Of a DNA stretch of 64,000 nucleotides, positions 12,229 to 23,960 are shown in pieces. The position numbers and the translations under genes are program-made. Location: assembly GCA_051362555.1 (NCBI GenBank), contig CM120641.1, positions 4,154,001-4,218,000 on the forward strand, given 5' to 3'. Below the pieces are notes generated by a model, which searched no databases, was not told where the DNA came from, and saw only the letters and a program-made list of their open reading frames with translations. How positions within the stretch are numbered: the first letter of the stretch is position 1; each line of letters starts with the position of its first letter. The stretch is from Lingula anatina (Eukaryota; Animalia; Brachiopoda).

Positions 12229-14225
12229 ATGGAGGAAGAAGTGCCAAGTGGAGGTGACAATATTGTCACCGAATTTAATACATATGAAGACTTTCTTGAC
12301 TCTCAAATCACATCTTTAGATTTATATTATCTTGAGGTAAGCATTGTGTGTAGTTGCTACATTTTAACAGAAATACAGCTGTGAGTAATGACGAAAGCAA
12401 TTCTTTCAAAAGACTAGAGAAGGGAGGCTTGTATTTATTACTAGTGGGCACGTTGAAAAATGACAATTTCAAAGGAGTATTTCTAGAGATTTTTGAAATA
12501 GTTACAACATAAAAGATTGACCAGTATTCTTAATTTCAGTCATGTCACATGTAATGTACTCCATTCATCGTTTTAATGACACTACACTTCTATATAAATA
12601 TTAGGATACAATACAATACAATACAATAAATTTTATTTCATGTCGGTTAGGATGAAGAATTGGCACGTCAATTAGTGGAGTTAGGTTACAGAGGAAGTGG
12701 TGAGGTTTTAAAAAGGGAGGAATTTGAAGCTAGAAAGGCTGCAGCAGAAGCCAGTCGTCTGTCTAAGAGAAGTCAGCAAAAGTGAGTAACTGGTGGTTAT
12801 TATTATTATTATTATCATTATGAAGATGATGATGATGATGACAGTTTAAAATCTGTCCAATATTAACACACTGCACGTGCTTCTCTTGCCTTACCAATAT
12901 TTACTGTCAATTATATTATCTGAAGAGGAATAAAATCTTTTTATGAAATGATGATAAAAGAAATGATAAATGTTATAATTATAATAATAATAATAATAAA
13001 CCATGTCAGATACATGTAGCATACTTTATGTAGGCTATATAATCTTGGTGTGACTGAATATAATACTTGGTATATTTAGACATAGTAAAAGTATTTCATT
13101 TTTTTCCCTTCAGAACATTAGCAAGCTCTGGAAAAGAACTTAAAGATCCATTCTTGAAAGCCTTGGCAAACCGGGAAGAGGCAAATAGAAGTGGGAAAAT
13201 GACAGTATGTATAGATAAATTGATTTTTTCCAGTTCCAGCATATTTAAACAATTTATTGTGCAATAAACCTAAATGAATGTGTGTTGTAATTTTTTTGTC
13301 CAATTTTTTGTCTCATAAATTTTCAGTCAAATATATTTAACCTTGAGATGAATCAAAATTATAATTTAAATATTTTAATTTTTCTTTGCAGTCTATCATA
13401 TTTATTAGAGACAGAAATGCAAGGAGCCAAGAAATATCAGGATATATAGATTTTGCCCACAGGCTGAAAACAGAGGACTTCGAACCATACTTTAATGGGA
13501 AAAAGAGATTACTACCAAGGCCATCAGATTTGAGGTAATAAGCAATTGCATATTCAGATAATTCTGTTTTTATTATTATTATTATTATTATTCATAGTTC
13601 ATTCTATTAGTGGACATTGCCTTTAAAAGTAAATCCACTTAAAGCTTTTTGCATGAAATGTGTTTATGTTGGTTTTGAAACTTAAAATTTTGCATTTTAG
13701 TTTCTACAACTGGGAAACGCAGACATCCACATCAAACCCCACACCAAATTACCAGGTCATTGCTGAAAATGCATCTGGCCTGCTTTTTAAGAATAAAAGA
13801 GACAGAAAAATTATCAATGTTGATCCAAAGGTAAGCTTGGATAAATGGCAGTTTTATGATTTCAGCTATTTGTTTTATCAAGATAAATAAAAAGTTTGGT
13901 GGTTGATAATGTTTGATAGATCTTATTCTGTTTGATAATGCTTCAATATTATTCAAAATTAGGGTTTAATTAAACATATTATCAATGTTAGACAGATTGC
14001 TGATTTTACATAGTTTTACTACCTCTGCCATCTTAAGCCTTGCATTTCCAAAGGAATGGACATTTGTCATGTCACCCTTGTAAAAAATTATAACAATATA
14101 ACTCAGTTTCATTTTTATTTATTTAGGCACCTACACCTGGAGATAATTCAACAAGAACTATAGTAGAGACTCCACGTTATATCCAAGCAGTCATTTATGA
14201 TCACATTACTAGGAGGAAAACATAG
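12229..14225 (+). CDS. CFAP299: Cilia- and flagella-associated protein 299 (C4orf22 family)
   Basis: Exons 12229-12336, 12651-12781, 13114-13204, 13392-13534, 13701-13830, 14127-14225 give [53 protein letters not shown]...[28 protein letters not shown]...[15 protein letters not shown]...[12 protein letters not shown], which matches the family's conserved motifs. Confidence 0.93.
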
Positions 14226-15988
14226 CACATCAGATCAAACAAAGCCTGACTCTATCGTGGGTTTTAGCACATTTATCCCTGTTCAAGAATTAAAAGGAAT
14301 ACATTAACTCTCTTGTCTCTTTAAGTGGGCAAATAATATTCATGAGAAACAGTTAAGTTGTTGAAGACTATGGATTACGTTAATGTAAGAAATATAAAAG
14401 AGAAGCCAAGTTGAGGTTTAATATTATGGAAAAAAAAACTGTGCTCATATATTTTTTTTATAATAAATTGAATCAACAAAATAGAAATGTATTATTATAA
14501 TTGTAGTTAAATGTATCACATGCTCTCTTTTCCTGTTCCCTCTCCTTTATACAATTAGAAACAGTGCTGCTTTTGCTGCTTTTTACTCCTTCTGACACAC
14601 TTATTTTTGTTAAGCGAAATCAAAATTTACAATGTTAATTGTGTTCAAAAGATGTTCTCACATTTATAATTTTTGCTCAATATTTTTACAGTTTTCCAGA
14701 GAATCAACAAAAGTTATAATTGTTTCTTTAAAGTGTTTGTTATTTTCTTTCTGTCATTAGATAACGCATATTTGAAGTTTGTAGGGTTGGGGGTGTGGTA
14801 ACATTGCCTACTGCATTTTAAAGAGAACATTTCTACCTCTGTCGATTCCTTTTCTTCGTGTCAAAACATTCACCCAGGATTTTGTAATCTAATGGAAATT
14901 CATCTCTATAAACGTCAGACTCGAATAAATTTTGATAATTTTTTTGCATCTTCAGCAATGCTACAGGTGGTCGGGTCAGGCTGGGGTCGGGTTGCACTGC
15001 GAGCCTACATGAAAGAAACACCTCTATGCCCTCATATTCAAAAGATTTCTTTTCACATATCCATATATAAAGTGTTAGAAAAATTCCTTGTTGTGGGCTA
15101 ATTCAGGATCTTTATAAATAGGGCGGGCGAGGCGCACCCTTTCTGTTAAGTTTCTATCGTTCGTTTGCTTGTATACGTATTACGACAGGAAGTGTAGTGG
15201 AGAACCTCTATGTTGGGTGGGAGGGCGGGGTCCACGTGTGAAAGCATTCCACGTACCACTAATGTGCGACATGAACGGAGGATCGGTGTACGGGTGGGGC
15301 GGTCCGTCTAATTAACAGCGCGTTATTTAGACAGACCCAAGGGTCGGGCGTGCCACATGCAGTACGTTGTTCCTAAGTTCGCTTACTGCGTGGCATACAT
15401 GCAAAATGAAATAAAATTGTACAAATGTATATAAGGGCCATATGATAAAATACATCGCATATATATATGCGCCATGTCGGTAGCAAATTTCCTGTATTGC
15501 CAAACAGCGACTTGACGTTTAATGCCCCGTTCAAATGCTGTGTACCGTAAACACTCATTCTCAGTATATTGGTCCATTTAACTTTTTAAAAATGTTAAAT
15601 AAAAGTATGCCAGCAGAAGATCTGTCCAAAATGAACTTAACTAACAGGAGTCTAGCAATATACAAATGAAACAATAATTACTAGCTTTATCTGTTCTCAT
15701 AAACAGCATAAGCGGACTAAATTTAATACCTCAATTATTTTCGCTCGCAGAACCATCTCACCTTCTCCAATCGATCTAGTTCATTTTTACATTTTTAAGT
15801 AGAAAATATGCAACTTGTCAGGTAGCGAGTATGGTTTCTAACGATTCAGGAAATGTCTTGAATGTTTATTTCAAATAACTCAATAAATAGCTATAGTTTG
15901 CGGCTACTAACATGTGTCGCAGGATTTTTAAAAATTGAAAAACATTTGTTACGTTTTTATTTTGGCGCATGTCATTATTTTAGGTGCT

Positions 15989-16026
<38 letters not shown>

Positions 16027-16838
16027 GTAATATTACAGCCATTAATAAAATCATCAATTTAGTTTTATCCATTGTTAGCAAGAGAATATGATAACAGGTC
16101 ACAGTCAATTGTTTAGACGGAGCACGGCAAAACTGCATTCTCATAGAAACTAGAAAGTATTTGAAGAAATGCCATTTAGAAAGGCATTGTGGAAAATATA
16201 CTTGAGGTTGAGGGCAAAATGTGTCCGTCAAATAAATGTGCGTCTCGTAAAACCCTCAGCGCGGGCACTGTTTGTTGGTATTAAGAACGTGTGAGTATTG
16301 TCCCAAAGGGCTATTTTTACAACTTTTGTTGCCAAAATTGGCCTAACCTTCGTTCCTTAAATAAGCAAATCAAATTCATATAGGAGATTGGGAGAAAAGT
16401 CTGCTAAAAAGCGGGATCGAAATCCGTTTCATCCAGTATTTGTCAATGTACCATTACTAGTGACGCTTGGGAGGGGAACAAACAGGAAGTATATAACAGT
16501 CAACCCAATCCGCCAACCAAAACATATGACCCACTTAGACGGCGAAGACGTCCCAGGCAAGAGGAATGTCTCTAGTCGTGTCTCTTGTATATTTTAGCTC
16601 CTTCTGGTTTTAAATTGTGTCACCAAAGTCACAGGTCTGACTACAGGTAATTATGGTCACACAGAAAACTTTTAATGATGTTTTTGTTACTAGATGAACA
16701 CTCTTGTCTTAAAACTGCAAAGTGAAAGTTGTGACGTCAAAATACATTGTACACAAACTAGTACGTGTAAGTAATCGAGAATGGGACCCCATTTTATCCT
16801 AGTAAATAAACTAGTATATGAATATACATAATAACAAA

Positions 16839-17084
16839 CAGAGGCGGATCCAGAATTATTTGTTGGGGGGGGGGGGGGTCCGTGGGTTCGGGGCCTGCTT
16901 AAGGGCCCGGAAAACTTTTGGTATTTTAAAAGGCGAACGGTGCCATTTGGTACGGTTTAGAACTATGATTCAACTAGTCAAAATTCTAATTTCAAGAGGG
17001 GACCATTGGTGTGACTTTTTTCAGAAATCGAAGGGGGGTCAGGACCCCTGACCCCCCCCCCCCCCATAAAAAAATCCGCCACTG
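16839..17084. mobile_element. Non-autonomous DNA transposon (MITE) with CAG(A/T)GGCGGAT TIRs
   Basis: Termini CAGAGGCGGAT...ATCCGCCACTG with subterminal poly-G and poly-C runs; ACAAA is duplicated at both flanks. Confidence 0.78.
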
Positions 17085-17612
17085 ACAAAGATATATTGCA
17101 GAGACACCCATCCCTAGCTTCTAAATCACTTCTCAATCATTGAGTTGGCTTTTTTATCTTAATTCAAGTGCTTTGTAGTACATGTATGGTGCAAGTAACA
17201 TAGGATTTTTTACTACATATAATATTTGGCAACAAAATTTCTCTTTGATACTACAGTAATGTTGTGTTTAAAAGTTTACTCACATTAAAATATATCTAAC
17301 AGCAAGATGTTAACACAATGTGTTGATTGGAAGACTGCAAAACATGTTATATATGTATATATAGCCAAGTACAATGTATATGTAGGTTATCATACTAGTA
17401 AACATACAGTACTGCTGTACTTAGCAGTACTGATTCCAGTACTCCCACATAAAATAAACTTACTACCAGGTACTTTAAAGTCATGTAAAAACCAACAGTT
17501 TACCTTTTGATTTTGGATAAGAATTCTGTGCATACCAGTATATGATACATCAGATTGTCATGATTTTCTCTTCAGATTCATTTTGAAAACATTACAGTGC
17601 ATGTACTTCACA

Positions 17613-20600
17613 ATGGAAGAAAAAAAAGAAAAAATGGAAGAAGGAGCAGCAAAACCGACAAAAATCAGTATAAACAGCACTAAAACATTTAAAAGAGATG
17701 TAAAAGATATCTTCCTCTTGAAGAAAAAGAAACAAGCAAACACTCCAGAAATTCAGAAACTGAAGCATTTTCCTGAAGCAGATTTATACAAAGTCATCTA
17801 TTATGTTGCAAATGAAATTGCTGTTTGCTACGGGTGCCAGATTGGATCTTTGACCACTGACTCTGATGTTCACTCTTTGGCAGAATTTGCCGTCTTCTGC
17901 ATGCTTGAAACACTAAGAAGTGAAGAAGACCCCTTTAATAGGAACCGCATGTTGTTGTCTATTCTGGAGAGAAATGATTTGTCAGTTCTGAAAAGGAATC
18001 ATGGGTTTGAGGATAGAGAGGTGCTTACTGCATCAGGCAAAACATGGCGTCTGTCTGAAATCTTCAGAGAACCAGGTATTTGTATGCCAGTTGTGGAGAA
18101 AGGAAAAGGAGACATCAAAATGATGTTATATCAAGGAACAGCAGGTGAAGAGAAATATGGCTATAGATTTCCACTCACTGTGTGGGATGAGGATCAACAG
18201 AAGTTTGCTGTATGTGACAGCGATCAGCAGTATATGGACAGCTGTGACCAGAGAGAAGATGATAAACACTCTCTACTGTCAACTCAGAGCCTACCAACAT
18301 TGGTCCTCTATAACTCGGACCTTTTCCTAGAGTACATTCAGAAAGCTGCATCTGAAAAGAAAAAGATGACTTTTGGTGATTTTGTGAACGGAAAAGCCAA
18401 AGAGCCCTACTTGTTCATTGTGCTGCGGCCTGTTGATGGTTTTTCATCTACCACTATGCCATTCCTTGAGACTATGACACAATGCGACTTTTCAAATACC
18501 GATTTGTCTTTCCTGAGGTTTTCAAAGATCACAAAAGAAATAAAGGGCTGTAGTTTCTCAAGTGGAAATTTAAGCAATACAGATATGTCAGGTGTTGTCA
18601 TAACAATGTCAGATTTCAATTACGCAAATCTTTCATTTGCTTCTTTGATTGGCAGCAACTTAAGAAACTCAGAAAATACATGGAAAGACACAGTCTTTTG
18701 GTATACAGACCTCAGTAATGCAAAGCTTTCAGAAGAATTAGGACATGTGTTGAAAAAGGGGGATGATACAAATTTGGAAGGCTCTTCCATATTATCCCAT
18801 CCTTCAGGTAAAAAAACTAAAAAATTACACGTTAATATTGATAATGACATGAAGTCAAGACAAGATGAAGTTAAAAATCGTATTTATTGGAAGTACTTTG
18901 CTCATTGTCCATTATCACTGTTATATGTGTTCTAATAGTTTTGTTCATGTGCATAATGTGGCACAATTCTAAGGTAATTCTTTGTGTGAATACAGCAAAA
19001 TAGCCAACTAATTTTTACTGTTTATAATTATACACATTTCAGAAGACTGACTTGAAGTACTGGTATTGATAGCATATGAAAATACAGTTGTAACTGAAAT
19101 TTAGATTTAAAAATTGGAATAACAGTTTGATCGCAGTTTTCCCTTTTCAGAGGAGATGGCTACTAAAAGTAAAACAGTTCATGAAGATGATCCCACAACA
19201 GCAGTCAAATCACGTAGAGAAGGAGCAGAAGCTGTTGGTAATACATATTTAAAATTTTGAAAAGTTGTGTGAAGTTGATTTAAAAACCAAAACCAAAATA
19301 AACATTAACTTTAAGAAAATAAACATTAATTGTTATTTACTTGCATTATTTGATTAAGAACTTCGTAGTAGTTGAAATTGCGAGTGTGCCCCTGTACATT
19401 TAACATTAGAGTTCATACAATTTTCTCAAATGCTATAACAAGCAATTTTGAATGATGTTATCATTTAATTATGTTTTATCAAGAGAAAGACTTCCAAGAT
19501 GTCCAGTCTAAGAAAGGAGCTTCCCAGTTACCTGAGAGTGAGGAAGAGTCTTCAGATGACAGTGAAGAAGATCCTGATACAGTGGACAGTTTCCAGGAGT
19601 CTGGTGGCACTTACGCAGTTTTTCTACCCATGGAGCCTGACAGAGGTACTGGTCTACATATTTATAACTGCATGAATATGATGACTAAATGGTTAAACTG
19701 GATGATATCATATTGTAGATGATGCATGTAATAATTCTTGGATTGGAGCCACATCTTATTAATCTTTGTAGTTGACAGTTCCTTAACCTTATGTGAATGT
19801 GAGTGTGTTGTCTATGTTATTACATCATACGTCACATTCCAAATGGAACCAAGTTTGTAAGATAAAAGCTCTATGAAGGTGTGTTGGACTTTTTCATCCA
19901 TGCTAGCAGACCTGTATTGTGCATTATGTTTTCTAGGGAAGATGCAAACACCTTTGAGTGAACTTAGTGAAGACAATTCTCAGCGTAAGTTTAACTAATT
20001 CCATGATAATTAGTCAATAGAGATAAATTTTCATTGCCTTTGACTGGTAAATTACCAATCATGCAGAATACAGAATTTCAAAGATTTTAATAAAGAATAA
20101 AGGGTCAACGAAGAATGTTCCAATACCGTACATCCAAGCAGTTGAAAAACAGAGCAACAGTTTTGTTCAAAGTGATCTATGTGTAACAGAAGATAGGAGG
20201 TATAATGAGAAAAATATGGCAGAACAAATGAATAGTATTATATAACATTGTTTCAGAGATCAGACAAGAAGCAGACCAGCTAAATGCAGCAATGGCAGGG
20301 TCAGGGGACGTCAACTTTGTGTATGCCTGGGCGGCATGCGATGCCAGAGACCACCATAATGTATTCCTGGTAGTCTATGTTCGTAGCCTGGAAGAAAATT
20401 GTTGCTTGTTTTTGAAACAGAAGCTGGAGGAAATGAAATGTGCCAAGTACAAAATATGGCAGTTCAACAAACCAATTAGATCCAAGTTTCCTAGGTGCCA
20501 CAATATGGAACCAGTTCCACCTAATTGGGTTAGTAAAATGTGGAAGACTTTATATGAACATTCCATGAAGTTATTCCAAGAGCACAGTAATATTTCTTAT

Positions 20601-22649
20601 ATGACTGCCAGTAAATTTGAAATTGATCGAAATGGTCATTGTCACAGAAAAGATTGTGTTGTAGTGTACGTTAGGGACAAAGGTTACATTCCAGCCAATG
20701 AAAGAAGTTTTCCAAAAAGATTGCCCAACGGTATATCTGTGGATGTCAGAGAAGGTTATTACTGCCCATTAATGGACCACGAAGAAGGGGCTGGGACCAC
20801 TCTTGGTTGGGCTGGGGCTCCTAGAAGGGTGGCAAGAGCTGGGGCTGCTGGGGAAGGGACTGGGTCTCCAACAGAAAGTGCTGGTGCCCTAGAAGAAACG
20901 GCAAGGAACCGTAGTGGAGATGGTGCTCCTGGTGTGGAAGCGGGAGGTTCTGGGGGCAGGGATGGGGCTGCTGGGGAAGCAACTGGGTCTTCAGTAGAAA
21001 GCACTAGACCTGGAGGAGTAACAGGGGCCATGAGAGGAGGTGGTGCTCCAAATGTGGAAAACAGAGGTATTAGGAGCAGAGGTTGGGCTCATGGGGAAAA
21101 AATTGAATTTCTAAGAGCAGCAGTTAGGGGTTTTGGAGGAGAGACTAGAGGTGAATTTAAACAGCATTTAACTATAGGTTGTGGTATCAGCAGGCACAAT
21201 GACCATTACTATGGCACAGGGACACTGGGAATGTTTGTCAAAGATAAGCTGACCAAGGAGATTGGTCTGCTTACTGCTGCTCACACTCTGATCGCTCAAA
21301 CACAGATGGTTATTCCTGTGCCGGAGGAAATTGATCCACTAGCACTCCCAATGGAAGGAAGTATGTATCCTAGTGACAGAAGTTTTACAGCGCAAGTGTC
21401 TGATGAACAGACTGAAGAAGCCAGTGGGGAGGGTACTAATTCTCCAAGTTCTGTACCTACAACCACCCCTCCAGAGAGTGCCAATGCCTCCCCAGATTTA
21501 AGGCCATCCCCTGTTGTTGCACCTGTACAGCCATCCCATCAGATTTCACCCTTCACTTCCTTGCCAGCAGGTTCAAGACCGGCAACATTTTCGACTGGCA
21601 AAGAACCACTAATGTTACCTGAAGCTTCTGGCTACACATCATGTCCTGATGCAGTGATTCGTTCTCAGTCTCACAGTCCAGTGGCACGGACTTGTGTAGC
21701 TGAAACAAATCAATCTATCTCAAAAATGGCAAATGTGTCATCCACTTCCAGACCACAAAACATAACGACTTCTACTTTAGACTCATTACGACATAGGACC
21801 CCATCTGAAAGTGCTGTGCCTCAGGATATGCCACCCACCCTGGTCCCCAATCCCCAAATATCCCCTCTTAACCTACGGGGTCCACAATTCCGCATGCAGG
21901 GGAGCTCTGAAGAATTACCAGCAGAAACATTTGTGGTACAGCCGTCAGAGGGGGAGGTCAGCTGGCTGCGTTGGTCTTCAGATGGGAATGAAAGATATGA
22001 TGTGGAAAAAAGAAAATGTGCTGAAGTTAAAAGCCCACGGATGTATTGTTATGGGGTCAGTCAAAGTAGAAATTGCGATTTTTTGCTAAAATTGTACCAT
22101 CAGAGAGATCAGCCTGGTCCTGTTCCAGTGGGTATTGATGCCGTTTTTGCTTCAATTTTGAAACCACGCCAGCCAGAAAATTCTTCATTCTTGCAAGGTA
22201 AAGTGTCCTTTGATGAACCCAATATCCTCAATTTGGATAATATTGTAGAGATTTTAAATGGTGAATGGGAAGCTGAACCATGTATAAGAAAAGAATTAGA
22301 TGGTACATTCAGTTTGGAGGTCTTCAAATATGGGTATAGGACACAACTCACAAGGGGTAAATTGAATTTTGTTGGTGGAATTCCCTCAGTCATTTCCAGG
22401 TATGGTTGTAGTTCAAATGCCAACATCTTACCAAACCAAATGGAAGTTCAGTTATTTGATCAGTCACCAGCATTTGCAGACCATGGCGACTCCGGTGCCA
22501 TCGTTTTCACAATTTTGAAACAATCTCTGTATGTAGTGGGAATGGTGATAGGAAGGATTGGTGAAAAAATTGTAGTGACACCAATAGAACCTATCTTTGA
22601 AAAATTAGGGCTTGAATTTTTGGAAAAGCAGGATTACCCAACAGCTTGA
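17613..22649 (+). CDS. ~1294-aa fusion protein: unknown N-terminal domain + pentapeptide-like repeats + acidic linker + NAL1/Ssy5-type trypsin-like serine protease
   Basis: Exons 17613-18807, 19151-19237, 19484-19645, 19937-19984, 20257-22649 join in frame through four GT-AG phase-1 introns (3885 nt). Repeats: CDFSNTDLS, CSFSSGNLSNTDMSG, SDFNYANLSFASLIGSNLRN, TDLSNAKL. Protease motifs: GTGTLGMFV, LLTAAH, GIDA, VFKYGYRTQLTRG, FADHGDSGAIV. An alternative in-frame ATG is at 17601. Probable 5'UTR exon donor near 16646. Confidence 0.8.
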
Positions 22650-23035
22650 AATACATGAACTGGTTGTGATAGGATTTGAAAACTTGCAGAAACATAATTG
22701 TAAATATTGTATTTTTTTATTTATATAACTATATGTATAACATGCAGGAGAAGAAAAAATAAAGGCACAAGTCAGTCATTATTTTTATTTTTTATTACCG
22801 ACTGGAACGTACAGGAAACTTGAAGAAAAAACTGAAAACTGATAAATCTCCAGCACTCACAAATTATGGTGTAATATTAAAAGTTTCATAAGTGTTTCCT
22901 GCTCATGTAATGTTGTCACCACAATTGTTACAACAGCATTTCTTTCTACAGATTCAATTGCTTTCAGAGACAAATAATAAATGGGCAAAAACTATCAAAC
23001 AGAATCATGTGTACACATGTAAATTAACTTAGAAA

Positions 23036-23260
23036 CCATTCCCACAGACATTTAGATTGATCTATCCCCCTGGGGAGTCTCACTAGATTGCTGTCAGCTT
23101 ACCCGGCTTAAATGTCTGTGCCTCCTACTAAAAGCTGTAAGGGGATAATTAACTTTAGTGTGTGCTCGGCTCCCAGAAGCTGACAGCAATTTAGCATGAA
23201 CCCCCAGGGAGTCGAGTTGATCCAGATGGATCGATCCAAATCTGTGGCAACCCAGTCTTA
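23036..23260. mobile_element. Palindromic MITE-like element
   Basis: Inverted arms CCACAGA..TT.GAT.GATC.ATC...CCCTGGGG...TTGCTGTCAGCTT / AAGCTGACAGCAA...CCCCAGGG...GATCGATCCAAATCTGTGG. Confidence 0.6.
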
Positions 23261-23369
23261 GAAAAATATAAAAGGTGTCCTGTCCAGGAAATTCATGCTT
23301 AGTATTTTCGTTGAATAAAATTTACTTCCCTCTCACAAGTCATTGCTTGACGCATCTAAATATACACTT

Positions 23370-23960
23370 GGATTCAATGTCTTATACCTCATTCAAGCAT
23401 TGTATGAGAACCAACCAGCCACTATCAGAACAGAAGAATGTGAATCCAAGACTATGAATATAGAAAGAGTCCAGCAAGGCTGCATCTAACCAGCGTCCCT
23501 TTTGACCTATACAGTGCACAGATCCTACAAAATAATCAGCAAAACTCGACCTCTGCTATGCAGATGATATCACACTCACAGCAAACAATAAAAATGACTT
23601 TCAAACTCTCACAAAGACAGTGACGGATGAAAGTAAAGATGCAGGTCTTTGGCTGAACATCAAGAAAAAATTCCTAGCCATACTGATGGCAGCTGCAGGC
23701 CAAAGATATTGAAGAACATACAACGAGGGCGAAGAGCAATGGCAGACATGACAAGAATTTGGAGGGATCGTGCTGTATCAGCAAGGACCAAATAACACCC
23801 AGTGAGAAGAATAGTGTTCTCAACAGTCTTGTATGATGCGGAGACTTGGACCACCAACCCCCGACAAGTGCAAGAATTTTCAAGCTTTTGAAATTTGGTG
23901 CTGGAGAGTGGTGTGAAAAATTTTATGGATGAAACACATCAGAAATGCAGAAATCTTGAA
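23370..23960 (+). mobile_element. Degenerate non-LTR retrotransposon (RTE-like LINE) reverse-transcriptase fragment
   Basis: Frameshifted, stop-interrupted translation: LIQALYENQPATIRTE...RVQQGCI*...LCYADDITLTANNKNDFQTLTKTVTDESKDAGLWLNIKK...AMADMTRIWRDRAVSARTK...RIVFSTVLYDAETWT...FQAFEIWCWR. QG and YADD are RT motifs; ETWT and FE.WC.R are typical of the RTE clade. Confidence 0.85.
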
